A stretch of DNA of 63,247 nt, filler included, from Sphacelaria rigidula (taxonomy: Eukaryota): assembly GCA_964200075.2 (NCBI GenBank). It is 5 parts of 5 records of this genome, joined end to end, with 100 filler letters (N's around TTAATTAATTAA, not from the genome) between each part and the next. Parts side by side here need not be neighbours in the genome. Positions count along the whole stretch, not along the records: positions 25,344 to 37,912 come from CAXNAA020003617.1; positions 38,013 to 50,580 come from CAXNAA020003618.1; 3 more parts are not named here. The stretch is one strand, 5' to 3'. Positions 26,826 through 40,195 of the stretch are shown here, one piece after another. A model generated the notes under the pieces. The model was not told where the DNA came from, made no database searches, and saw only the letters and a list, made by a program, of their open reading frames with translations. How positions within the stretch are numbered: the stretch's first letter is position 1; each line of letters opens with the position of its first letter. A program made the translations under genes and the position numbers.

Positions 26826-28359
26826 AGAGGATACCCCCGTAAATACTGGGGGTACGTTCGGTACGGTTCCTCACCAACGGTGCCTGTGGAATATTTATAT
26901 AGGCCATGCAAACGAGGATTTGTATTGACGTTTTTTCTTCCCACCGCGAAGAGCGAGGCAGAACACCACGTAATGACACGTTACGCCATCCGTTTGAACA
27001 AGAATATAACATCATGGGCGACACCGAGTTTGCCAGCGGCGAGTGAGGCACATGACGTGGGTGAGCTATGGGCATGTGTTCCCGGGATGAGCTACTGGGC
27101 GCAGCTGATCTGCTCACGCTCTCCCCGGGTGAGCTATAAGAGCTGCGTGAGCTACACGTGTTTTGTCTTGGGTGAGCCATTGAGTGTAGGTCATCCGCAT
27201 ATGTTTCCCCTCGGTGAGCTGCAAGAGATGCGTGAGCTACACATGTTTTTATCTGGGTGAGCTACCAAACCGTAGCTCATCAGCGCACGTTTACCGTGGG
27301 TGAGCCATCGGACGTAGCTCGCATGTACATATTTGTCTACAAGCAAGCTACAGCGTGCAGTCAAGCTAGCTCATGAGCTGCCCGATGTGTGAAAATACTA
27401 TACCGAAACAAGGACTGGCGCTCACGGCGTGTCTTTTCTACTTGCTTTCGATCGAACGAAAAAATTGGGGCGGAATCGATTCGATCGACGTCGTTCGTTT
27501 TGCGCGGTTTGGGCCCTCCCGAATTTGCAAGTTACGATCGACAAAAGTTAGTGAAAACTGCGAAGCGGTACTTGAACTCTTGTAATCCGTACAGTCAGTA
27601 CTGCCTGTACTGTCTGCGTGTCGTAGTGTGTGCGTCTCGTACAGGAAGATGTGAAAACGAAGTCTGCGATTCCCCACCCGACAGGAATCCTCGAAAACAC
27701 CCCATCAGTCTGGCCCCAAATATAAGCAGGATTTGGACATGCGGCACAAAAGCTCTTGCAGTTTCAACTTTTTATTTCGACTATTTTTTCCCATCGTCTT
27801 TTCGTGACGTGATCACGAGACTGTCAAAAGCCGTCATTTTCCCAAATAGGACACTCTGCACAACAGCAGCACCCGAAGCAGGGGCAAACAGATCTCTCGC
27901 ACGGTAAGCGCCGGGGAAAGACCTTCCGATCTTCGGATGGACATGTCCGTTGCAGCAGGCGCTGCTGGGAAGGTGCCGAGACAGAATCTGCCTGAAAATG
28001 AGATACGCCAAGTAGTCTAACCCTAACGCTAACCCTACCCAGGGATGCTATAAAGTCATCCCCCGCGTCACCCAGGGGATTTTTTGCCCCTCCCCCCCTG
28101 CTCCGACTTGAAAGGGATGCGTGGTCAATGGTCACACCACTAAGGCAAGCAACAAATGAGAGCGCCCCCCCCCCCCGCACCCAAAATGCAAACTTGATTA
28201 TTTCAGCGCTGGAACTGCTGCGCAGTCACTCTATCGCGGTCCATCCACATCAGGTTTATTATTGCCGAATAAAAAATTCCGCTCATATTTCGGGCCAGAC
28301 TTGTATAGCACGAAATACACATGACAGTTCACGGAAACTCTGAACGGGTTCACGGGGTT

Positions 28360-28735
28360 GATAGAGAAAGACTACACGAACAATCTCAGCAGAACATGTG
28401 CACGGGATCGTCGACACCTATCGGCTTCACGTACACTCCCAGAGAGTACATGAACGAGCATTCACGGCTGCCCGCTCTCTGGAAGCCCTTCGGCACGCGA
28501 CCAAATCGCCGCCGGCCTTGACGACATTCGGTGACAGCTCGCTCTGTGCTGTACATGCCAGTAACGGCCTGGGGTTTGATGACCAAGACACAACCATCAT
28601 CAACGTCGATGACGTGCGTCTTGCTACTTGATCCCCTGGTGGCGCAGATGAACCGTCCCCGCTTGGGCCACCACTCGAGTCTGAGGGTGATTCATCCTGA
28701 CGGTCTGCAGTACTGCTCATATTTCGTGTTTCCAC
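28360..28735 (-). pseudogene. Possible transposase N-terminal remnant (BED-finger/hAT-like)
   Basis: A low-complexity N-terminus (28427-28735) shifts frame into GRVPKGFQRAGSRECSFMYSLGVYVKP...MFC*DC. Resemblance by eye only. Confidence 0.25.
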
Positions 28736-28924
28736 TCAGCGGTACCTCGTATCTAGTCAGATTCCAGACCAACGAAGTTTTCAATATTGAAACGTTGTTG
28801 GTGTGCAATTTCGAACGAAGGAGCTGGCCAGTTTGATCGATGGGAGGTACATAATCAGGTCATGAGGTTGTTGTTTGAATTGAACTTACATACGTACCTC
28901 CCCAAGGTATATATACCTGTGCTC

Positions 28925-29460
28925 ATACCTGCAATCGGGTATATCTATAACGGTATATCCCAACCCCGGGTAAGGGTATGGAAGGCTTACAGAGCTCACA
29001 GAACTGTCGGGTACCGGTACTGAATGAAATTCTTACAGAAATTACAGAAGTTGTTGGGTGCGGTATGGCAGGCTTACAGAAAACTGTACCGGCAATCGGG
29101 TATTTCATTGAGAGCTTTCCAGCGCTTCGAGTACGGGTAAACATTCTGAACAGAACTGTAGGGTAAGGGTATGGGAGGCTTACAGAACTCTCAGGAGATG
29201 TCGGGTAGGGTATGGAGGTTGCATAGAAAACCGTACCCGCAATCGGGTATCTTATCAAGAGTGCACTCGTGCCCCCCGGTAACGGGATGGGGGTCTTGCA
29301 GAGTTTACAGAACTATCAGGTGAGGGTACGACGGTCTTACAGAGATTACAGAACTATCGGGTACCCGTATGAAAGTCTTACAGGAGTCACAGAACTGTCG
29401 GGTACGGTAAATACCGAGCAAAACACTCGGGTATCCAGGGAACCGTACCCTACAGAACAA
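28925..29460. repeat. Degenerate tandem array (GGGTA.../TTACAGAA motifs)
   Basis: Repeated GGCTTACAGAACT, TGTCGGGTA and GCAATCGGGTAT units. Confidence 0.75.
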
Positions 29461-32370
29461 AACCTTGGAATATTGTAGCTATGCTGTAGAAGACAAGGCC
29501 CTTTTTCTGTAAATAAATTATTCTGGAAGACTCCTGACCGGTTTTGAGGCAATCAGGTGCATGCGCAACAGGCCGTGTGAACATCTTCGCCGACCCGTTT
29601 TCGTCGGGTGCATGCTTTCATGCTTTTTCGCCAATAGGGCACGCCGGCAACCGCTGAAGTACTGCTGCGATGTATGTGTACATACATACCCTCTTCCCAC
29701 TACAGCATGTTTTCGTGGTCCTCGCACTTTTTCGATAAAGTGCTGGCACGCCTCGAGCATGTTCTGTCTTCCACGCATACTACGTCGTCTCAACTGTACG
29801 TCGGTTTTGGGGTTCTAGTCTAGAAAGAGTAAACCTCCTCGCTTTCCGCCCACACAACGTACGGCATGCTGGATCCGGGTGAGTTCCCAACATTTATTCT
29901 TCACTAGACAGACAATGCAAAACTGACCCGATAGCAACACATTTGGTATCACACTGATCCCCACGAGCAAGCGAACAGTGTGACATAGCCAGACTTCTTG
30001 TTGCGTCCGTTGCTGTGGCGCTGGTATCAGTTGTAAAGATATTTCTCGGCCAACCAGGGGGCCTCAAATTGTGCTGAAATAAAAAATGCGAATTCCCGAC
30101 ACAAGCTCTACTCCATCTCAAATGCTTCAAACCCTAGTAACGGCCATCAGCTGTTGTAGATGATCTAGCGCAAAAACATATTTGAAAACGGCTACTTTGA
30201 ATTCGAGTTATACCCCAAACCGTGGTATTTCGGCGATGTGCATTGTTGGCATCGTCGGATTTCCACTGGTAATATGCGTCGAGGAACCACAGAGCCTCCT
30301 CAGGGTTTACTCCACATCTGTGGTATACAAGCTCCGACGATCCTCAAACTTGGTAGTTTGGAAGATATGGGTGCTTCAGGCCGACTCTTCCGGTTCGTTT
30401 TCCCCCCTCGTTTTTTGTAATAAACTATGAGGGAAAAATACCGCTAGGAAAACACGATTAAGAGATGTTGACCCTAGCTCACGGTTGCAGATGTATTTTT
30501 GAGGGGAGTGAGGTGCCAAAAGAGTGGAGAGATACCAAAAGTACGGTCAGCGGAAGTCAAAGGGGTGTGCACGCCAAGGCGAGGTACGAAGACCTCAAGA
30601 CTTCACCATGCTAAGCTTCCTGTGTTAGTGTAAGAAGACGTGAAACGTGGACTCCCCCGATCGCTGCTGGTCCAGCTCGCACTGTGTGCAAACTGACATC
30701 TTCAAACTGTACTGCCATATCCCGTATGCGGCAGTAGAAACAGTGGTGCTGTAATGTCTTGCACTGCATTCCTCCACATAAATTCTAGTGCAGCCGTTGT
30801 ATATTTCTGTCTCCAACCTGACATGTGCGCATGTATACTGCGTATGCGGCAGGCAGAACAGGCAGTACTGTATTGCTTAGTCATGTCTGTACTGCGCGTT
30901 GCCCACACCATATTTAGTGTAGCCGTTGTACTAGTGGCAAAATAACATTTTCATGCTACTGTACTGTTGAATGCGGCAGTACAAGCCATGTACTGCCTGC
31001 ACTGCACGTCGTCCAAATCATTTTCGGCAGCCATTGGGTGCGGCATGGCATGTGGATCCTTATGTTCAATGCGGCAGTGCAGACAGTACCGTACTGCCTG
31101 GTGTTGTCTGTATCGCACGTTGTTAACATATCTCACGTTGTACGCATCATTTTTACTACAGCCGTGCGTACTACTGCTGTGTGCAAACTGACACCTGCAG
31201 CTCACTGCATGAGACAGCACAGTATCCTGTAATCTCTGCGCTGGGCATTGTCTGTGCTGCAGGCTTTCGAGAGCACGGTCGATTCTAATAGATCATCAAC
31301 CCCTGACGACATGTCGCGTGCGCCGCGATGAAGCAAAGTTTGGCCTAGTGTGGAAACGGCGCTGGGGATGTTCGACATCGCGGTTGGGAGAGCCCCGCAA
31401 ATGTCGAAGGGCACAAACGTTTTCAGGGCTGGCGAGCGTTCCTAGTCTCGCCGCGCCGCGAATGGAAAAAACGAGAGAAAATACAAGTCGATCTCGTCTC
31501 GTATTAAAAAAAAAAGAAGCTAGAATGGCCCATCTCGTATGATTCCCATCGTCTTGTATTTTTTGCTCGAGAATCTTGTGAAAAAACGAACCATAAATAG
31601 TCATATTGTATTTTCCCCTCGTTATTTGCGAAAAACGAGGGAAAAGAACAAACCGGAAGAATCGGCCTCAGATAGAAAAACATATCGTCGGAAATGATAC
31701 AAAGTTCATCCGCCCTCCACCGGCCTCTAGGGGTCCTGACGTGAAGACGCTCAGAAGCCGATATGAAATGCCTGGAATTTAGAACACGTGGATTTTATCC
31801 GTCCCAAGGTGGTCCGGAAACGTTTGTACAAAGTTTCGTCACGTAACTTCGCAAACGGTCGATGCAAGCTTGAACGCACAGGGGGAAAAGTCGGCTTGAT
31901 ACTGAAGCGAGTAGTTATCACGCGGGGGTTCTAGAGTTCGACCCTGAAAGTTCGCGCATGTATATGATGGAATCTTGCAAAAATTTGCATGGTCGTGATC
32001 CCCTGATATTGTTTCCTTCGCCGGATATTCGGGTTTCCGCAACACCATGTGGCCCCCAGGACCTCCGGGACCCCCAGATATCTAGTAAGAGAAAAAAATG
32101 CCATTCACCGCCGTTATCGCAGGATCTCGTAGTACACGTGTGCAAAATTTCAGGGTCTAATTCCAAACCCCCCCGTGATAAATCGCGTGGGAGTACATTT
32201 TGGGTGTCCACAGTGAACCAGCCTGTACGTTGGGTACAAAATTGCGGAATCTGCACAACATGCCACGAACACTTTGTTCTCTCGGAATTCTTGAGGTGGA
32301 TCAATTGACGATATGCGTTGCGCCTGTACCTTGAAAAAACAATGTGAATAAGGGCGCGTTCTAGCCTCAG

Positions 32371-32842
32371 GCCGCTCCCTACAACAGACAAGAATAATTA
32401 CCTGGAAAAGGGCCTTTTGGAGCTTTTACGTCGTTTTACGCCCCAAGAGAGAGCTAGGCGCAGTTTGACACCTTGGCATAACCTACTCTCCTAGTTGAGG
32501 CGGTTCCAGGTCATCTTTCCGTTTTCCGGTGGCCGCAGTTTTCATTTTGGCCCAAGAAGAATCTTTGTCGAAAAACGGTAAAAAACAGTCAAGTCCAGAG
32601 AAAATTGGCGATTTTTTCTAGATTTGACTGTTTTTGACCGTTCTTGGACAAATATTCTTGTTTGGCCAAAATAGAAACCGCGGCCACCGGAAAACGGGAA
32701 GATGTTCTGGAAGCGCCTCAACTAGTAGAGCAAGTCATTTCAAGGTGTCAAACTCTGCCTTGCTCCCTTTTGGGGCGTAAAACGACGTAGAAGCTCCAAT
32801 AAGGCACTTTTCCAGATTAATATCTTTGTTGTAAGGAGCGGC
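32371..32842. repeat. About 470-bp imperfect palindrome (foldback element)
   Basis: GCCGCTCCCTACAACA...CTGGAAAAG...TACGTCGTTTTACGCCCCAA...CGTTTTCCGGTGGCCGC is mirrored by GCGGCCACCGGAAAACG...TTGGGGCGTAAAACGACGTA...CTTTTCCAG...TGTTGTAAGGAGCGGC. The centre is at about 32608. Confidence 0.92.
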
Positions 32843-32951
32843 GTCATACGGTACACGTGCAAAAATAAATCTTTTCTGCAAATCTACTCTGTCATCTAGT
32901 TGAACTCGAGTTGCAGCGATACACTGTTGCTAGCACCTCTTTTGCGTGGAT

Positions 32952-35560
32952 ACCTTTTCTAGGCGTGTGTGGGCTACCCGGGGACCTCATATACCCCGTC
33001 CAGTCGGCGCGCGCCGCCATCGCAATATCAACCATGGCACCCGAATGATGGGTTATCTACAAGCTCATTCGACGTTCATCAAACACAACGACCAAATTTG
33101 ATTTTTTTCTCCCACATATAAAAATTGGAAGCTCTGCCCACAAACGATTCCTCGTTCTCGAAACTTCGGAGCCAAGCAAATCGGGATAGTGGGCTAGACT
33201 TCTCTCGGTTGAGCAGTGCAACGGGTCCAAGACGTGTGATGGCGATATTCTGTGTCTGGGGGCCAAAACCCGTGTCAAATATGTCAAAAAACAAAAGTAC
33301 GCCCCCCCAAAATACCAATCGCAAGGAACTGTTCGAGACTCTGAAATGTTGTACACGTGTACCATGGGGCATTGCGAAACTGTCCACACGGGTCGATCAA
33401 TATTGATTTTTTCACTGGTTATTGGGGGTCGCAGGGCCCCAGTGGGTCATGTGCCCCCCGATAACCGGCGAAGATTGTCGAAAGACTCCAATCTTCGAAA
33501 GGGTCGTAATGACCCACTTTACAAGTGTAACAGTTTCAAAGTCTGACTCCGAAAAACGACGTAAGGCTTTCGCTTTGTTGCGATGAAGCGAGCTCGAAAG
33601 GAATAAATTCTTGAGTACTTTATTTCACATTTTTTGTATTTGGTTATGAGGCGTTCTGTACTGGCTTCCGGGGTTCTTCACGCTGGGACTCCCGGAAACC
33701 GGTGAAGAGCGGAGAATCTTCGGAATCTTTCTTCACGGTAAAATGTTTCACTTGAAGCACTAGTACCTACCGAGTTGCCGCGTTTGAGAGCGGTGTGAAG
33801 TTTTTTTACGACAGGTATGATGAGGGAAACCGTTAGAAGGCTTTCTGGGTCTTTGGTACGCTTCATCAGTGGAAATCCGACGACGCGAATACTCCACAGC
33901 ATCGAAATGCCACGGTGTTCGGCATCATTCTATTCCGTATTGACCGTTTTCAAATCGCTATTTATTCTTGTTCCCCGAGCTGATGGAGGTTACTACGACT
34001 TGAATCGTGTGGAGATTGGGTCAAAATTGTGTTAGGCAACCGCTTTTGATTTCAGAACAACTTGAAGGCCGCTGGTTCGTCGACGTACATTTTCGCCCTT
34101 AGCGCCATGGCTATCGTTGTGAGTGAAATTCCAGCTATGCCACCCCGTTCAGTTGCCCATGGTGGTCAGAATGATGGTCGTGTAAGCAACTATTTAGGAC
34201 TTGGAGGTATTGGGAAATGCATTTGCTGATCGGTGAATGTTGGGTAATGAGAATGAATAACCTCGTGGACGTTGGTGAATAAGTGAACTGTCCGGTGTTG
34301 TGTCTGGTATCAAGCAGTACAACGGGCGCAGTTGATGCATGTAGCACAGCAGTAGTATCGACAGGACAGGACAACAGTACAGACAACAGGTGATTGCATG
34401 ATCAAAACGTGCTCGAGGTAAGGCAGCACGGCCACGAAAGTACTACGAAATCACGGGCGGAGTTGTTGTTCCTCACGTCAGCCCTCCTCCGGAAATGTAG
34501 CACTCGCGGTCTCAGGTCCGTTGCACAATAAGACTAAACTACCAGGGAAAAATAATTGTGTGGAGTTGAATCGTTGCAGTGGCGGAAGCGAGCTTGCACC
34601 ACTTGCAAGGCATGGGCCCCGCTGTCTCGTCACATTTGAAACCCTTGTCCTTTCTCGGAACAATCTCGTGTTTTCAAAGGGTCCACCCATATCTCCCCCG
34701 ACACACGCCATACATTTGGTATCACGGATTGGGTTATGAGCATCAGCACTCCCGCACCGTGTCGACCCTCGTCAAACAAACTCAGCCAAACAATCTATCT
34801 TGACTACCACGTCCTCGCGCTCTCAACTTGAGAAATCAAACACTCGACACAAAACTTCCAAAGTAATGGAATCTGGCGAGAGTTGAACCAACTTTTTTTT
34901 CCCGATCTAATGGTGTTGCTTGTACCTGTACCATTGGACCCCGTTGGCGCGGCGGTCAATGAAGTGGTGAAAGAGCGGAAATGTACTCTGGCCGATAAAT
35001 ATGCTACGTGCGCTACCCGGAGGCACCAAGGCTGCGGAAACATGGGCAGAGAGCGTGTTGTTTGGGTGTATCGCAGTGGTGAGAGAGAGCGTGTGCCACT
35101 TGCAATGCATTGGCCCGAGGGCATGGTGAAACACTGGAAATGTACCCGGACCAAATGAACATGCTATATACGCCACCCTTTCTCCAAAGAGGGACTTGGT
35201 GGCCAGAGAGGGGATGGTGGCGTAATGATGTGTGGTGAGCGCGTTTGCCTGTGCGCGTGGGCTGGTGAAACAGGCGGGTCCTCGTGACAAGGCGAAGAGG
35301 CCCGTTAAACGAGAACTAGAACCAGGAGCATGTCATATCTGCGTAGAATACGGATAACTGTATGCATGTATTCGGAATTGCTGCTCGGATTTCGTTTCTG
35401 GATTAGCACGCTGGATTTGGTCGCTGCGTTTGGTGAACGTCAACTAAGCTGATGGAGAATCGATCCTTCGGGTACTATGGTTGCTGTCACCGGTAGCGGC
35501 GCGCGCCGACTTCACGGGGTATATAAGGTCCTCGGATAGCCCACATTGGCCTAGAAAAGG
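32952..35560. mobile_element. About 2.6-kb element bounded by about 150-bp imperfect TIRs, filled with nested repeats
   Basis: 32952-33100 (CCTTTTCTAGGC..GTGGGCTA..TATACCCCGT..AGTCGGCGCGCGCCGC..GACCAAAT) matches the reverse complement of 35410-35560. Confidence 0.8.
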
Positions 35561-36049
35561 CCGGGGACGGACGTCTAGAAAAGGTATTCAGGAGAAGGAG
35601 GTGTCAGATCCAGTGTACCTCTGAAATTCCCGTCCAACCAGGGGACGGGGTATATTTATTTTGCGTATGTTCCGTATGAGGTGAGAGGGCAATTTATTTC
35701 GTTGTTTTCGTTTTACAGTTGCAACAAATATTGCCGAGTGAACTACACTTGAAGAATTCCGAGTAAACGTGGTGTTTGTGGCGTGTTCACATATTCCGCG
35801 ATCCTGTACCAACATGATTTATTTGACATGAATGCGACGCTTATCCTCGTGCTGTGTACCCGGGAGACGAGAAACGTGAAGGTATGCCCTCTCTAGACAA
35901 AAGCCCCAGTTGTCTTGCTGCCTATACTCGAGTGGTGGTGCTTTACCACAGCATTCAAACGTTTTCATCAGCGGCTGAAAATAAGGGTATGAAACAATCA
36001 GCCTGCCATCGCTCTCCACTGCGTGAAAATTACTGCGTCTTATCCGCAG

Positions 36050-37646
36050 TGCCACATATAGTGTGCGGCGATCTTGGCAGTACAAGGAGGGGCAGGCAGG
36101 ACACGTGACGATCACGATGAGCGATGGCGCGCGAACGGACAGGCTGGTGCTTAATCTAACCCCCGAGCAAGTGTGCTGGTTCGTGGACAACACGACCATG
36201 AACGGTGGCTGCGACGATAACGCTATCAATGCGAACAAGAACGGAAAACTCTTCTCGAGAAACACAATCAAGGCGACGGCGGATGCCTTTAGGCCGGGGG
36301 TGATATCAAGGGCATCAACGACTATGATACTATGCCCGGCAAAGCCCGCCACTGGAGAACCCAAGCTGTTTGCAGAGGCCTACCAGAAGGCTGCATCTCA
36401 CGCTGAGGGGGAGAAGCAGGTGAGGGAACGGGTAGGATTTGAATATTGTGCCGCCCGCGATCGATCTGGTTTCACCTGAAAAATACATGTGTGTCATGTG
36501 CTGCGGGTAAACATTTGCAGTCATCAGCGGGGGGAGCGGCATGGCAGCATCGAGTCTTTCTCTCTTTCTCTCTCGCTCTCTCTCTCTCTCTCTCCGTTGT
36601 ATCATGTATTTTCTCTCATTCTTTTTCACACACTTTTACTCCTCTGAAATATTTTTGGTGTGGTCACTCGGTTGTGGCCGCGCTCGATGCGTGAAAAAAA
36701 TAAATGCATACCCGGTACTCCTCACACGCCAAAATCATCACAGGTACGAAGCAACCGGGCTATTCCGTTGACATCAGTGGAAGAAGGGCTTGGTATCGCT
36801 GGGGTTGATGCTTCTTGCGTGGGTGCTCCTCTGCTCTGCTGGTGTTTGTAACTGCTGCTGATCTGCCCTACCGCTGTTTCTTGTGTCCTACAACAAAACA
36901 GATTAAAATGGCGAAGAAGATCAGCGACCGATGCCAAGTACTCCTAAACAGAAGCGAGAAGCCTATGTTGTGGCGTGAAGTGCTCGATGTTTGCTTCTGG
37001 GTGAGTTTCCATCGTTAACTTTCGCGTCTCTTTTAATTGTAGTGGATAAGATGACGCGAGATCAACAAGAGGGGATGAAATTGAGGAGTTGAAACCATTT
37101 AGCCAAATACAAACGTACACTGCGCAGTTGTCGAAAATCATTCTGAGACAAGCATGGGATTTTACGCTGCCCTTGCAGGAAGTTGAAACTGGCGGGGTAC
37201 CCAACAAAGCGTTCGTGAAGGAGCTGCCTGCGTTGATCACGCCGCGAGGCCAAAATCGAGCAGCTGTCATGATCTCCGTTTGCGCGGACAAGTTCGGGCT
37301 CTCCAAGTCCCGAGGAGGGCGATATGGCGGCGTAGATCTGTTCGAAGGTGATGGTAAGTGCCGATCCTTGAAGGATGAATCAACGACGTTCACTTGAGTG
37401 TAGAATGCTGCTGCATGTTACCATCCCCGAGGAAGCCGTGTTGAATGCGATTTCAAGCGGATCTCCATGCGTCATCCTCGATCTTTCCATATTCTCACAA
37501 CAGAAGCTGCAAACAGGTTGGCGGAGCTCACCACTTCGTTGAGCGAAAGTGAGGCCTCATTACCGGCTTCCGTCTTCAACTTCCTGTCGTACAAGAACGC
37601 TGCGTTAAGGAGGCGAGAATCGCACGTCCATATGGCGGGTTCCAGG
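36050..37646 (+). pseudogene. Spliced, damaged gene; possible tyrosine recombinase (Crypton-like). Exons 36050-36419, 36902-37000, about 37051-37353, 37504-37646
   Basis: GT-AG boundaries are phase-compatible for exons 1-2 and 3-4, with a frameshift near 37060. LNLTPEQVCWFV...SRNTIKATADAF resembles a core-binding domain and TRGDEIEELK resembles catalytic box I. Confidence 0.45.
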
Positions 37647-37912
37647 GTGAGGACGTGTAGTTTTTGCTGAGGAAATGTACAACATGTTTGCTTATTTCTT
37701 TTCGACCGCCACCTACGAACTTCAAGGCAGCTTGTCTGGGGTATATCAACACGCGAGTGAGAATCCTGATGAAAGTCCCGCTGTCTCCCCTTCCTTGCAA
37801 ATATTCCCCCCCTTTGCTCCGTCTCGAAAGGGATGCGTGGTCAATGGTCACACGACCAAGGCAAGCAACGAATGAGTACGCCCCCCCCCCTCTGCAAGTA
37901 CAAAAGGCGAGG

Positions 37913-38012
37913 NNNNNNNNNNNNNNNNNNNNNNNNNNNNNNNNNNNNNNNNNNNNTTAATTAATTAANNNNNNNNNNNNNNNNNNNNNNNNNNNNNNNN
38001 NNNNNNNNNNNN
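37913..38012. other. Artificial contig linker
   Basis: N44-TTAATTAATTAA-N44. Confidence 0.98.
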
Positions 38013-40021
38013 CCAGCTTTGTAGGGATGCGAGGTCAATGGTCTTATGACCATGGCATGCATGATCATGAATACACCGCCCCCCTAGGTCGTCGATGCAT
38101 TCGACTCTCTATGTAACGAGTATCTGATTCACGTCGTTCAACACGCGACACTGTGATGGGCAACAAGAGTTTATTTCACGAGATTATACGGGTTGCGGGG
38201 TCGCTGATCCAACCCGCGATACAAAAAACAAGGCGTGTAACGGAGGAGAGATGGGCTAATCCCTTGAGATCACGGGCTCGTCCTGAGAAAGGGGAGGGGT
38301 TGGAAGTATGCCAATGTATCACGCAGGGTTCGTGAGATTGATGATTAATCTGAATTATAGGATTAACAGCGAGTTTCATTATTCGCTTCAGTGTGATCAA
38401 TTCTTCACGTTGTGCTTCTCTTTCGCCTGTACAACCGTCGTAGGCTTACGGCTACACATCCATATAAATCTCAGGCGTATTAGTGGGTTTCATGGCAAGC
38501 TACCACAGAGAGCATATAAGGCCTGGAAGGGCATTTCTGTAGTGAAGAATTTTCAGGGAATTAATAGACTGGATGGAAAAGCTATCACAGAGAGCATGTG
38601 AGGCCTGGGACGGCATTTCGGCAGTGAAACTGTTTCAGGGATGAATAAACAATATGTAGAGATCTCGAGTTGTAGATTTCTGCTGATTGACGAACCCAAT
38701 GCACTCGAGATATATGCTGGACTCGTCTCACGGTTAACAGCTTGAATTCGAGCCGCTGCTCGCCTGGCTCGGCGAAGTATTGTCCAATAAATGGGTTCCA
38801 TTAGCCCATTCACGTGCGAGGATCCCGGTTCCTTCGGGTACTCACTCTCAATCTAATGCTTCGCTCTCAATCTCACAAAAACTGTTACATGGTAGATACA
38901 CTAACATCATCCGCTGAGCGAAAATACACTATTCAACTTTCAACCATCATGCTACCCATCATTTAGTAATGTGGGAGCTGCTGTGCTCGCTCATGGCGTC
39001 ATCAGCGTATTCCGACCTGGAGACTAGAAGCAAGAGCGACAGAGGCAGATGCAACGCTGAATTCGACTATTTTCGTGACATTCCTCAGCGGATGGTCCAT
39101 CCATCAAATTCAGGAACAAATGTTCCGATTTCTGCTACCGTGATGGCCCAGTGCAACTCCAAGAGGGACAAGAAGCAGAGATTGCTTTACGAGAAACCGC
39201 GTGCCGAGCTGTTCGTAAATCGATAAAGTATCTTTCTGTTGCGTATTTTTTCTGGCTCAGTGCACTTTCTCTTCTTCCTTTGGTATGTCGTTTCAGTATG
39301 CTGTTGGGCCTACGACATGTCGGATATTCGGCTCTTAGATTTATGGGTCTCCCGGTAACCGGTGACCATGCGCCCATGGGTCTGAGCAAAAGGTGCGCGG
39401 CAGCGTTGTCGTCAAAGCGCTAGGATTGCGTATTTAAGCGAGAGGGAGTGCCCGAGGAAAAGCTTGCTCACGTTTCATTTCCGAGCGTGCTTGGTGTCGA
39501 GCTTCCAACCACTAAATCTACGATTTCTAAGGCCTGATTGCTCGAAGGAGAGAAGAAAAGTCGGCCGTGTACAGTTTTCTAGGCAAATTCTGTGCTATTC
39601 CACGTACCTGGGGAGCGCGTACCTGGGGTACAACGCTGAAAACGAAGCCCAGGGATTGATTCCCACGGTACGAATAAATCACATGAACATCACGGGATTC
39701 TCAAACGAACAGTATTCGTCCGGCCGTTGCTCGTTTTCTTCTTGCTTCATCGGCAAATTGACCTTCATGCAGATGAGCCACTGTTCTCGAGGGGTGAAAA
39801 ATAGAGATGGAGGCCGAAACGCGTATTCGTTTGCCTCCGGTGGGGGGCCCTAACCAGCCGGGAGGCGTACTCATTTTTTACTTGCCCTTCGGCGTTTAAG
39901 TTTTGACCACGCATCTTTTTCGAGAGCATCAAGCAGGGAGCTGACGGGAGAGCGGGATAGGGCGGGAAGAGGATTGGCTCGGGCTGCACCCACACGCCTT
40001 CGCGTTGCGCCTGCGCCCCCA

Positions 40022-40022
<1 letters not shown>

Positions 40023-40063
<41 letters not shown>
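40023..40063. repeat. (TTG)n microsatellite
   Basis: Read directly. Confidence 0.95.
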
Positions 40064-40064
<1 letters not shown>

Positions 40065-40195
40065 ATAGAATCAATGAAATGCCGGTATATTGGAGACCTA
40101 GGATTTGCCACAACGAAGCATATTTTGCCATGGATTCAGGGCGCCGAGAGGAATGGAACCCCACTCAGTCTGACAAAACATAAACACCTCTTCAC

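Noticed and set aside
34907-35290. hAT transposase CxxH motif (MHCKWHTLSL) on the minus strand
   Set aside because: It is a single short motif, and the related copy near 47850-47960 does not preserve it.
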